DNA of 64,000 nucleotides from Tubulanus polymorphus (lineage: Eukaryota > Animalia > Nemertea). Positions 51,446-64,000 of this stretch are shown piece after piece (the stretch's first letter is position 1; each line of letters opens with the position of its first letter). The DNA is taken from assembly GCF_964204645.1 (NCBI RefSeq), contig NC_134029.1, positions 8,272,850-8,336,849 of the forward strand. Reading direction: 5' to 3'. The notes under the pieces are model-generated. The model was not told the origin of the DNA. It did no database searches and saw only the letters and a program-made list of their open reading frames with translations. The translations under genes were made by a program, and so were the position numbers.

Positions 51446-53614
51446 ATGATCGATGGATCTTCAAACAGAAAACAATACTTGATTAGATTTTCAACGCACA
51501 CCCTTGTAAATGAAGCTTTCACAATAAGTAACTCGAAACGACCTTCGAGGTAGCTTCAGTTGTGAGCGCGCCGCGTAATATGCGGTTAATAGATCAAAAA
51601 CAAGCCGAGATCGACAATGGCGACGACCCTTCGGGCTAAAATCCTACCGCCGAACCCTCGAGCGCCGCTGCTGCGCGCCCGAAATAGTCGCAGCCGACTA
51701 TAGCAAAATTCGATATTCATCTACAGTAAAAATCAGTTCCCGTGTCACGACAAGTACGGAATAAACATACGCGATCGAAAGCGTCGAATGCGTATGCACG
51801 CCGTGCATATATTTGCTCCCTAAAGCATCAACTCGCGGAACTTTCGATGACAGGAATTTATATGAACAGAGTCATCCTCCTCATATATATATCAATCAAT
51901 ATTAGACTGCGCGCGCGTATTGTTCGTTGCAAATTATAAGGTCCTCATCAGCCTCGGTCTGTTATTATCGGCGATACACGTAAACAGGCCCCTACGTACT
52001 CAATTATCAGGTGTAGCCTTGGAATGAGCAAAGATAATTCAGGTAAACAGAATCTAGCGAATGATAGTACAAAGCTGGGTGGAGAAGACTAGGATGCTTT
52101 CTTTTTAGTTTTAAACTATATATCTTATATATCTCTTATACTCTACACAGAGAGCGTTTGACCCAACTGAACACTTCCCGCTTGTCCATGTTGATAGTAA
52201 GTTTGAATTTACGTTACCATCTTTATACAATGATGCTCCGAGAAGTAAAATATAAATCTAACGTTCAAAACGTAGATATAACGTTCAATTAAATCGATTT
52301 CGGAAAAGATCCTTTTCGCGAAACGGGACCCTGACGCACAACTAGGGTCTTGCACAATGTCTTACGAGAAAAAATGTCTCCCACATAGCAATGACTTTTT
52401 AAGAGACGAGTGATCGCTTAGCTTCAACTAAGATGGCAATCAGTCAGCTACATTTGACTACGGTATGGCAGATCATGTAAAGATTCATACCGAAACGAGT
52501 AATGGGGTCTCTATCTCACCGAGCTTCCTCTCCCTAGATCTAAATCAGCCTTCAGCTTCGACAAAGACGGCTATCAGTCAGCCAGGTAAAAAGTAAGCAC
52601 ACGCGACGACGCGGTCTCGGATTCGGCTGAAGCCGGGTTATAGCCGTAAAAATCGACGTTCAGAAATTGAATTCGCTCATTAGTACGAAAGAGACAGCGT
52701 AGATCGGCCGTGGATGAGTGACACATACGCACTCCGTCACGGCGAGTCGTTTTCCGCAGCCTCATTTATACTGGGCGTGAAAAAAAACCGATAATTCGCG
52801 ACAGTCGATGATTTCATCTATTTCGTACTTCGCGATTTTTTCCGTCGCCGATGACGATGCCGTGCCGTATCGATCTGGAGAGAGACCACCAATAAAGCGT
52901 TTTACCCTAATCCCTCTCCCTCACCCCCCCTCTCTCTCTCTCCCTACCACCACTGCGGCACGGTAGCTGCCACGTTCGCTATTTATAACAATGCACTCAG
53001 TGGCGGCGCAGATTATGACGTGAATGTCAAATGTTAACCAAACGAAAGGAATTTTCGCCAGAGAAAAGCAAAAGCAGACGCAGTGTAAAGGACAGAATTG
53101 ATATGTCTGTTATAGACTACAGGAGAATGCATACATATACTTATTTGTTCAGGAATTATCATCAGGGTTGCCACTTTTTGATTTGACTTGGTTTCCCCCC
53201 CCCCCCCAACTATTCCCTGAAATGCACGTAGCTTTCCCCGACTTGATCTGCTAAGAATCTAATCAATTAGCACAATCAAATATGTATGACAAAGATGGAA
53301 ACTGTTTGACTTTTCCAGACATTTAGTGGCCTCCCTGATTATACATGTCGACCTCAGTTCATATCCACTTCATTCAATGCCAGTTAAACTTCAAGATTTC
53401 TATTTTCTTTTTTTCGCAAAAGTTATATTTTTCTGGAATGATTATACGCTTCGACCGTTCCAGCTATCAGTTCGGACCCACGATCCCCCTGACCAGCTCT
53501 TTTGCTACAAATAGCTAAACCTGTATTCCATTAGACACCTCTGTATTTTTCAATAAAATCAAGATCAGGAGTCCGGAAGTGGACAACTGTGAATTGAATG
53601 AGAGACTCTTGGCT

Positions 53615-53875
53615 ACGAGCAATCACTTGTTGCTATTGGAAAGACGGGGAGACATCAACTGGAAGACTTCAAGCATGGTATTTGACAGTATCAGGCAACG
53701 TACAGCCAAAAAATGTAGTATGAAATTATGTTGTGTCTAGTAAGAGTCTGCTTCAGGCATGTATTATTCTAGACTGCATCGAACGAACTTCATTTTTAGC
53801 AGTTAGATATCTCTAACATCGATGAAATGCCACTTTATTTCCATGTTGTGCCAGTAGTTCGCGTCCTTGAACATG
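53615..53875 (+). pseudogene. decayed pogo-type transposase fragment
   Basis: same frame gives LEDFKHGI*QYQATYSQK (end of CENP-B-like HTH) and ISNIDEMPLYFHVVP (N.DETPLYF first catalytic Asp motif), with stops. Confidence 0.5.
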
Positions 53876-54701
53876 TATTCAAACGCAGGTGTGAAATCGA
53901 TCAGGGACTGTGTGACGTAAACCTTCAGCGACTTGGGACCTTTCAGGAAATTGCATAGGTCCCTGCAAAGATGTTTATCTCCTCAACTTTGTGACACAGT
54001 GACCTTGAAAATAAAGCCACTTTCATGCTGCGTTGTTTAGAACGTTCTGAATCGAGTCTATTCCAGACCAAGCGTTCGCGCTAACAAATAGTCTGTTCTA
54101 AATATGTCCGTTCCACTTTCCCATGGACCAGTTTTGGACTCGCCAAAATGATCAGTCACCTCTGTGTGTGACTAAAAACAAAAAACTGCTACAATTGTCT
54201 GACAATCAATGTCACATCAAGCTGAACTAGCGTTAACAGTAGATTTAAAAACGTGTCTCCTCACTACTCGCCAACACAGGTGAGGTTTCACCTCACGAGG
54301 TAGAAAATACTGGGTACCTTATACATGTTCGATTGATAGCCTCACGAGGCAAAAACTCGCACAACCCTGGCAGATGCCAAGCACTCGATTATGCGGGGAA
54401 GAATTGACATTTTTCGATGATGCATTTATCGAGTGTTGTATATGAAAGTTGAGACACACCCACTTCGAATCAAATCAGTACAGCATTCGATAAAACGTCA
54501 ATACGCCTTCACACCAAGTATACTGAAGTATCGAACGTTAACACCAACGTTCACATTGTTCGAACTAATCTTTTAGACACCCATATGTGATTACTGATTA
54601 CTGCCGGCATAAATCACACCCAGGTCCGTGCAGTCGATGCACAAGAATTGAATATGCACTTGAACTGAGAGACAAATAATGACCTGTCTTTTTTCGATAG
54701 G

Positions 54702-54761
54702 TGATCAGTGAGGTATCCTTCATTTTACTATTGATCAGTGAGGTATCCTTCATTTCACTAT
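54702..54761. repeat. 30-bp tandem duplication
   Basis: tgatcagtgaggtatccttcatttYactat x2. Confidence 0.9.
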
Positions 54762-57700
54762 TGGTCAGACATCAAGAAATAAAGGGCATACATTGGGTTT
54801 GCACAAAGGGTGCAAATGCCCTTGTGGGGTGGGGGTCCAGGGGCCCACCCCCATAGAATTTTGAAAAATCAAAGGCATGCACATGCATTTTAATGCATTC
54901 TAAAATTATGAGTGGCACTTAAATGAATAAATAGATTTTTGGAATTTTTCAAAGATCCATGTTTTTCATTATTGGTAGTCAGACCTGTCATCACTGGTGA
55001 TAAAATGAGCTATGTCGGGTCATACAGACCACACTGGGTAAAGTTTTAAGCTCATTTGTTAAGTTCATTCGTTCATTATCATCATTCCTTTTGCTCTTTT
55101 ACCTCTCACTAGCTATTTCAAATCTATCTTTGTAACTGAATTAGATCATCTGCGCTGTAGAACAACTGCGCAGTGCCCACTTCAAATGCCACCGGGCTAA
55201 ACGCGTTGTTTTAAAATAATGAATCTAACATCAAGACCCTTCAAATATCTCGAGGCTATTTTTGGAAACCTGGATGCTCGTGTTTTTTTTTAACAGTCCA
55301 GCAAATTATATCGACGAAACCATATTTAGACAGAAATCTAGAATGATTAGATGATTTCCGGTGGTGACAAAGAAAGAAGCCCTGTTTATGTTTGTTTCTG
55401 AGAATAAACTTCAAACATCGGCTTTTTACAATAATTTTTCATTATATGAACATGCATGAGATTATATCACGTTGCAAAATGGCGTAAAGTGAAATTTTGC
55501 AACTTGTGAGCGACTAGCCTATAACGGCAATTCAGTTTAGTTCTCTTTTTTTCGATATCTTTAATCATTACTATTATTATCATAATTATCATCATTGTTC
55601 CTGAATGAATTACGGTTAATTACTAAGTAGTAATATGCTTTATAAGATATACGAATTACGCAAAAGCTACATTTATATAAAGAACTCTAATAGATCGGCT
55701 CGGTTTTAGAAAAAGCTTGACGCTTGTAGGCCCCGAAACCTTTACCCTACCGTAAAACAAAATTCACCCAAAATACTAGACATTTATATACATTCATCTA
55801 TCAAACGCTTATCATTGATGCTCATTTTTCAACAATTGATTTCAAAATTCAGAAATAATTCTTGCGAATACCTCGACGATGGTAGTGGGAGTATGCGAAG
55901 TGGTTTCGCGAGCATACGATGCACCTATATTTACCGTTTTAGGTGTGGTCTGAGGCAATGTTTTTTATGTCGCTGGCAATCGCACACATACACATAACAC
56001 GACGCGTATATATGTACACTGTACACTGGAAAAAAGACTTGTTTCTCATTGCCGGCGGCGGCGGCTCACTCCGGTTTTTATCCCGATATATGCCCGCGAT
56101 CGATGAAATCGATGCGAGATGTCGGTTTTACAAAGATACACGCTCGTCCGAAATCGACAGAAACATTGGCACTAAGCCACTTTATGGCTCGGAAATAAGA
56201 TTATGGAGAAGGCTGTCTACTTAGTAGATGATTCCTACTTCAAGATATATGCATTTACATTTACATATACATATGTATACCAACTAGTTTCTTTCCCGGA
56301 GAAATAATGTCATCTCTCAATTATGCAATCCACTGGCTTTCGAATGTGCATTTGTATCGAAAATGAGCTAAATGTACCATCGATTCTTTCGGCGATTCAT
56401 CCAATATGGTTTTTTCTGGACCCTGTCGAATATGGCGACCAATTTCTTTCAGTTCAAAAACTGGTAGCGACTCTGAGATGGTCACATCAATGTTTTTGTG
56501 AATATGAAAAGTCTGTTGAGATATTTAACGTAATGGACTGTAAATGAATATTATCATCCTTATTATAATTATTATTGCAGCGAGTAGAACATGTGTGACT
56601 CATGTCACTGGTAATCACAAGAATGTATCGCTCGGCGGTCATGCAAGTCTAACCTAAAGATTAAGGACCTTCCATGCCATTAACCAGTCTAAGCCAATTA
56701 AAATGTATCTTTTTACTTTTTGGGGAAATTGGAAACCTGCAAAATTCAGTAGTCTCAATATAATGCGGCTGAAATGGCCCTTGTTTGCAAAGTGCAAATG
56801 TCTTTCTCATTTCTAATTTACTCTAAAAATCTTTGTAAGGGCTTCAGATTATTTTACCACGCTTGAGTTACATCTAGCTATATACGAGGTTTCCTAAATG
56901 ACCCTGGATTCAAATATTTGTCTAGAAAGTTATAGTCTGGTCTGTTACGTCTGGAAAGTCGAGGACTCCTCCTTTCCCAGAAATCGAGAATGATTTACCG
57001 CGAGATTCCATTACTACGTGTATAACAAGAAATCGAGAAATTCAACCGAGCCAGCTTTTAGAAGCTTAAGCAATGTCTACAGAAGATTCTGAGGCTATAT
57101 ACGTCAGTGGTCAGTCGCTCAAAGATTGTACGTGAAGTTAACCGATGTTTGAATACCATCCCCGCAACAATACGAGGTCATTGTTACCGGGTATTTCAAT
57201 ATTGGTTAACATCAAACAACCCCTGCTGCATGTAGAAATTGATAAACTTGCTCTGTTCGAATTCATGTACGTGGAAAATTTCGATTCAAATCGCTCAGTA
57301 TTGTGGTTCCGATAGGACATTCTTGGATAGAAAGTCTTTATTCTAGAACAGGGCGCAATCGCCGGGGATCGCGCGGAGATGATGAGGCCTGTGCCAGTTA
57401 AACTTTATATTCACAAGTAAACCCCTAACTCAATACTAAACATCACTTAAACCTTGGAGTAATCATGATTGCAATTTCTTTGTGGCTTTATATTCACGGG
57501 AATTAATGTGGGGGCAAAATGCAGAATCCCTAGAACAAATTAATCACATCGCCTTTAGGCTATTCATATAGAAAAGATACCCCCCCCCCCCCCCCCCCCC
57601 CGGACACAGGAAATGAAAGAAGTGTTGCGTGGTTTTTTGAAATGGAAACCAGGGCGTTTAATGACTATGTCAATCCGGTTAATCATATAGCAACACACTC

Positions 57701-57856
57701 ATTGTAATCATATGAAACACAATGTCTGATAGAGAACGAACCCCAGGAACAACTTCGGAATTATATACCTAGGGAGGAGCGAATTGTATATCGGAGTCAA
57801 GATAGAAGGGCAGGATGAATATGTATACTTATTCGTATTACAGTCCACGACTTTTT

Positions 57857-57960
57857 GCATGTTAGGGCACATGGTTGGTAAAATGGCAATAGGAAAAAAC
57901 TGGATAGGGCATGTTAGGGCACATGGTTGGTAAAATGGCAATAGGAAAAAACTGGATAGG
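57857..57960. repeat. 52-bp tandem duplication
   Basis: gcatgttagggcacatggttggtaaaatggcaataggaaaaaactggatagg x2. Confidence 0.9.
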
Positions 57961-58626
57961 GCACATACAAATGGCACATAATCCTGCAGTCCAAAATCTG
58001 ACCACATGATTTCAATTCGTTCTTTTAGAAATCTGGCATACAAAATGTTTAAGTTAATACGTTAAATGAGTAAAATGTCATTGTAAGCATGTACCGTTTT
58101 CAGTACCTAGTAATAATGCCAGAGGTGAAAATGCCATAGGTAAAAATGCCTGAAGAAAATATGCACTATATCTGTACATCAACTTATAACCACAAAAACT
58201 GAATCTTAATCTAATGCAACTAATTTTCAACAAAACTTTTAACTCTTAACTGCACATGAATAAGCGAAATCTAGTGCAAGTAAGAATATCATGTCAGTCC
58301 AATGTCAATAAATTCTCATGTTTGGGGAGGAGGTGCTGGTGGTGGTTATGGCATAAGATCCAAATTATGAACATTTTCATAGGTAGAAGAGTATTGCTAG
58401 CTCTAGACATTTGGTTTATTCTACCTGTAGGTAAAGACCCGTTTGTAGTTTGCGTTGCAGTATTGGGGGTCTCAAATTGACTCTTTAGAATTCCTAAATT
58501 CCAATTGTGGGGGGGGGGGGATCTTTTTCCAATTTCCACGATGACGTAAGTAAGATAAACGACTTTTTGGAATCAAGAGACCATGAAAGGTCACAATCCA
58601 AATAGATTGATTTTAATGATAAGTTT

Positions 58627-58782
58627 CAGGGGCAGATCCAGGGTGAGACTTGTGCAAGTACATCAAATTTCATTTTTAGCGCCCTTTTCTTCAAAACTGG
58701 CCTCTCAGTGCAGTGGTACACATAATATAGCCTTTTTGGGATGTGACAAGTCCTTCCAAATTGGCCTCTGGATCCACCCCTG
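58627..58782. mobile_element. hAT-like MITE (related left end at about 63902)
   Basis: CAGGGGCAGATCCAG ... CTGGATCCACCCCTG. Confidence 0.65.
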
Positions 58783-58829
58783 TGTTTGAATGAGAATGGA
58801 CTACATTTCTCTTTTGTATATAGCACCTG

Positions 58830-58967
58830 GGCCCAGTTGCGCAGTCGTGACTTAAGTCCAAAAGTGGTCTTAAATCTTAAGACTGGTCTTAAGTTGTTAG
58901 ATCGAGTATAGAACTTAGTTGGTCTTAGAACAGTCTTAAATCTAAGCCGTGACTATGCAACTGGCCC
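58830..58967. mobile_element. MITE with CTG TSD; related taagaccagtc fragments at about 46385-46690 and 47640-47800
   Basis: CTG-ggcccagttgc ... gcaactggccc-CTG. Confidence 0.75.
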
Positions 58968-59690
58968 CTGGTGTCTGTCTTAAACTTAAAAAAAAAAAAC
59001 ACTGCAGAAGAAGATGCCAGAAGCTGTGTAGATGGCTAGTAAGTCACTAACTTCGTTAGTAATTAATCTTCAAGCGGAGCTGATTAACACCTAATGAAAG
59101 GGCGGCGATTGAACGAAAATGAAAAATCAATAATTTTTCCACTTGATGCTATTAATTATTAACTAATTAACGGCATGTCACCGACGTTTTCTTCACTAAA
59201 CTAGTGAATAATTGATCGCGGCCGTCCCGCCGTTCGTAGAGAAACACAACGCGGCTCGACGTGTATCAATTTGAATATACGCCGGTTGTCGGTCGGATGT
59301 CATGCAATCTCTATCATTATACTTGTATGTAACGTAGATTGGTATCGATTGTCACCGCGCGGAATCTCGGCAAAATTGAAAACGAGATAAATAGATTCGA
59401 AGTCATCGTTATCGATGGCTAGATTCTAAAAACGCTATTTCTGGTAACGCAAATGGAATGAATTTAATGAAAAACTCGCCTGACCCATCTTGTTCGCCTT
59501 TGATGAATATGGGGAAGGCTATTATGTCTAAAATACCTATTACACTCAAATATGAATGTGACAGCCATCTTAGGATGACCTACATATGCGCTAACTCACA
59601 CCTGAAACTAACCGACTTTATTATAGGAAAATCAGTTAAAAACTGAAGTCGAAATGCCTATTTCATACACAAATATGACCTGGCGACCAG

Positions 59691-59799
59691 GATCCAGTTC
59701 CGCAGTTCTGAGTTGGAGTTAGCTCTGGAACAAAAATAGTTCATTTTCAATGAGTAAAATCAAGAGTCAATTCATAACTCACAACTGTGGAACTGGGTC
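59691..59799. mobile_element. MITE with CAG TSD
   Basis: CAG-gatccagttccgcagtt ... aactgtggaactgggtc-CAG. Confidence 0.75.
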
Positions 59800-62700
59800 C
59801 AGGAGAGACGAGCCACAATCAAAATCTATAGGCTGTATTTTCTTTCTGCCCCAAACCAAAATACAAAGTGATTAGAAGACCAGTTAAAAACTGTAGGGTG
59901 GGAACACGATCCAAAACAAACCGTGTTAAAATCCGATATAGCCATAATGAATGCCGCAATGACAAAAGTGATAGGGTCATAACCTTTAGCAGTGCACTTT
60001 CCAAGCAACAATTCTGCCTTATAAGTATTTTTTAGGAGCCTGACACGTCTTAATGGTAGAAATTCCTTAACTGTTGATGCATAATTCCATCTTTTCGAAC
60101 AACAATCGCTGCGAAAATCTCCTTCCTCGTTGATTCACGAGAGTGTCAATATAATAAGCGCCGATACCCCAGAACAGACAGCCACAGACCTGACATTCCG
60201 GAATCATTCAATTAATCCATTGAATAATTAACCAAGCAGCTAATAGAACAGAGAGACAGAGGCTGAGCCAGGTGAGATCGCAAGAGAGCATTATTAGCCT
60301 ATTTCATTTAGCTACTGAATTCATCACAAGTGCGGCTACGAAGCGTAAACAACCAGAACCAATATCTGATGCGCGCTCCAACCCCGCAATATTGCTCCAA
60401 CGGGGAATCAGAGAATTGCTTTTTATCGATCTCAACATCCGGAATAACTTGCGATTCAGGAATTATTTATTTGAAAAAACTGAACAGCATAGTTCACCAG
60501 TCAAGTCAGAGGTCAAATAACTGTAGCCAAACGTATACAATGCAGGGGGGACACAGAAACATGTGTCATGCGGAGTGGATAGGGTTCTCTCGCGCCTCCC
60601 TGGTTGGAGGAACTAACCGACTCATTGGCCAGTTGGAGTTGATAGTAAAAATTTTGCATTCTCCGAGGTTTTTCGAAAGAACTAACCAATATAACGCTAG
60701 ATGGCAAAACCCCGGTCAGTTGACCCAAATACCTACAAGACAATCTAATGCGCACTGCAAGGTTAATCAAAGGAACTATATGAAAGGAAAACGCTCAAGC
60801 AGTAAACAGCCCGCATGTTTTACATGAATTAAACAGGTGCTGAATGAATAAAAAAAACCCGGCTGTACTGCACGTATCTGACCTTCGGATCTTTGTCTGG
60901 CTTTTTTCGTTCTTTGTGAGTAAGACGGGAGTCTGTAGAGAAAACCGATGAATGAATGGATGAATGAATGAACGAGTTGAGAGGCATCTATTTTTTTTCT
61001 CCTACCTTCAGCGAAAGGTCTCTTTGTTTACGTTTTATCGCCGGCTCAGTCGGCTGCTAATAGGGCGCATACTTTCGCCCGCAATCTAATCCAGGTGCTA
61101 CGCGCTATACAGGATTTTTTACCGGCTCGATTTTTTCTCATTTTAGGTAGCAGACGGCGAATAAAAACAAAAGACAATGTTGCACTGTAGCGTGGCTGTG
61201 TAGTACTCTGTGGTGTAAACCTCGGGCGGTCCTGCGGTGAATGTTTTTATCGCGATAAAGAATCTAGTTTAGTCTCGGAAATGAGAGCGAATTATCCGTT
61301 TCCAAATATGTTCGAAATAAATGTGGTAAAATGTAATCAACGCGAAAATGTTTTTGCACACTCGATTCATCATGCACCCAGAAGCATCAGACTTAGGTAC
61401 CCCCCAGTTTTAGAGAGTTGGATTTATCATAAAATGTATACTGATCTTGATCTAATATGCACTTAAATTGCATGAAAGTGTACTTAAATGTTCACTTTTT
61501 TTGGGGGGGGGGACACCCACCATGAATCAAAATTGCCATTTTCATACGAGGTCATATTTCAGCCTCGATCCTTGACCCTGCTAACATGGAACATGGTCCA
61601 ACCAGTTTGTTCCCTTTTACAGCAGCCTCGAAATCAATTTCTTAAGCCGACAGACAGATAACAGACAGTCACATAATTCAATAAATACATTACAAAGCTT
61701 GTTGATATTAAAAGAAATCGACAAGACTACGGATATTCTTATGTTTACAGTCGAATTGTTGCCGAACATAAAAGTCATTCATTCATACACCACTGGTACA
61801 CGGCTACAAAGCCGATTTGTTTACTAATCAATACTCGTATACCTAACTAATCATTCCGAAATAAAATACACAATCACTTCTTATTTTTATCGCCGGGTGT
61901 GGTTTGTCTCCTCTCGGTAAGGCATTCAAACCCGATAGAAAACGGAAGAAATCGATGCGCGCCGAGATCAACTCGTCATAAATCTAAACCCGATCGATAT
62001 TAGATCCGTATACCGTACGGAATTTAGCTTACGCGTCTTAGAGTTAGTAGAAATTCGGGGGGGGGGATAGGTGAATTTTCTCAGAAAGCGCCGCATCATC
62101 CGCATGACTCCGAGTACAGCTATCTACGCTATTCTCGATTCCGTGAAAATGCAGCCATTATTAAAGTCATTATTAAAGGAACACACAAGGTATGCAGGAC
62201 CAGACGCCCGATATACATGCACATCATCGGGGAGTGTTTTTCTCGACTGCTAAGCAATCTTGAGGGAATCATCGATCATTAAATGTGAGTTGAACAGTCT
62301 TCTGTCATCATCATCAATATGTTTGACAGTCGAGGTGGAGTTGTATATGTTTAAGTTGGAACTTCACCATCGATCCTCGGTTGACTATTAGCTTATTGAA
62401 AACTTAAGATGGCTGACGATTGGTCTTACATTTTTGATCCGGTTGAATTTTTCAAAACAAGCCATAGGTGACAACGGTACTCGGTAACAGGCTCGAACTC
62501 CGAAATTACCATTGCATTTTGGATACGTTGTATCTAAAGGCAATAGAACAATTTTGTAAAGACAACTTTTTGAATCTCGACCCTGTTCCTGAAAAACAGC
62601 TTATAGTGCCTAGTTTGCACTGGACCCATTCTTGCACTGCCCAACTAGCATTGTACTAACATTGTACCCAAGTTTCATCAAGATCAACCCACAAGTAGCC

Positions 62701-63229
62701 GAAAGACAGACACATACACAGCCACACAGTACATAAGGGTCTCACGGAAGAACCAATAGGGTTAAAATTCCCTCAGAACTAAAAAATCTTGACTGAGTGA
62801 CTGGGCGTCCAGATATTAAACAATCGAAAATCAACTTTTCTTATTTGACTCCATAGCCTTCAGTTTTTTTTTCTTTTCTGAACTGCGAGGATACAACTTA
62901 AGATAATTGATTTTGAGAAAGACATGAAAATTACATTTATTCCTACAATATTGTTCCCCCAAATGTAGGTAGAAGCAAATTTGATTTTCCAGCCCACTCA
63001 TTCAATCTTCGTAAAATCCTTTGTTTCGTACATGACGTATTACTTCAATTACATTAAAATGAAAAAATGTCATTTCCGATCAACGCACAAATGCTGAATA
63101 AAAGTAATTACTAATTTTTCAAACTAAGTGAAAAACAGAAAAAATCTCTACTCTACTTTGATACTGTTCTTGTGGCAAACCTGTGCACCAGGTCTAGTGG
63201 GGCAGGGTTTTGTGCTGTGGCTGTTGGAC

Positions 63230-63565
63230 AAGGCCGGTACCAAGTTATAACACGGGTCAAATTATTCTGAGTGAATGCTAACCGGTTCTGGAAGTGACTC
63301 ATCTAACTTGCGACAGCATGATTTTGATAGCATCTTAAGTAACGAGTGATTTATGTCTTAACTTAACTTTATGTCTTAACTTAGGGCTTTCTAACTAAGC
63401 ACGGGCCAAATTTAGTTTAAGTTTCAGTTTAGTTTATTTGCGCAACAATAAATACAATTGCACAGAGCACAAAATGTATAAATTCAATACATATTATACA
63501 AATACTAATAATTAATATGTGGGCCTGTTTGAACCGGGGAAAATCGTCTACCTGTGATCGCGGCT
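63230..63565 (+). mobile_element. MITE family A, degenerate/interrupted copy
   Basis: cacgggtcaaattatt..., ends gtgatcgcggct. Confidence 0.55.
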
Positions 63566-64000
63566 AATGTTTACACTTATACCGAGATAAAGTTAGCTCG
63601 GGTAAGGAGAGCGCGGAGAGGAAAGATCATTGACGTATCCAAATAATCTTCACGTGGTCCCTCCTTAGTGAATCATACATGAACAACCACAGTCAGTTCG
63701 ATAGTTCATCAATGACATATGTAGTACCGCTATTAGTCACTAGGTGTCATTCATACCGGTGATTAATCACGCGGCTATATTTACCCTAATGAGATACTGA
63801 AGATATGCTGCGTCTCTGTTGCGAAAATGTCAATTTTCCATAATCGTATATCAGGAAATAGGCTTTGAGCGGGTATCACATACCTGACTACCTCGGTATC
63901 AAGTGGCAGATCCAGGGGGCGTGCAGTGGGCGCGCGAACCCCCTTTTCTCGGCAGTGGCCTTAGCATTTTATACCCAAGACTTTTTGTTTAGAAAATGGT

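Noticed and set aside
60330-60827. 165-aa ORF (and 40575-41060, 161 aa)
   Set aside because: No recognisable domain or exon structure; the second overlaps the hairpin repeat

Overview
AT-rich animal genomic DNA with spliceosomal introns, probably from a marine invertebrate (inference). Two protein-coding genes can be reconstructed by hand, both on the + strand. (1) The 3' part of a Na+/Ca2+ exchanger (SLC8/NCX/Calx family): 11 phase-consistent exons plus a probable 31-nt microexon, 1852-11058, with the 5' end upstream of the window. (2) A complete two-exon mex3 gene (19565-22494, about 503 aa: 2 KH domains and an atypical RING). It has a CCAAT/GC-box/CHR-type promoter and sits in an apparently MITE-free block that probably includes a long 3' UTR. 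The rest (about 30-64 kb) has no intact gene I can confirm. It is a mosaic of MITEs (PIF/Harbinger-like, piggyBac-like, hAT-like, pogo-like), microsatellites and decayed transposon coding remnants. Most notable: a Penelope-type palindromic insertion with a 13-bp TSD carrying a minimal hammerhead ribozyme (13120-13416); a 2.2-kb foldback element with ~590-bp arms and an AT TSD (ISL2EU-like) nested in a MITE; hairpin elements built from tRNA/SINE-like heads; and a degenerate CBD2 in the exchanger. All calls are from manual reading; no searches were run.
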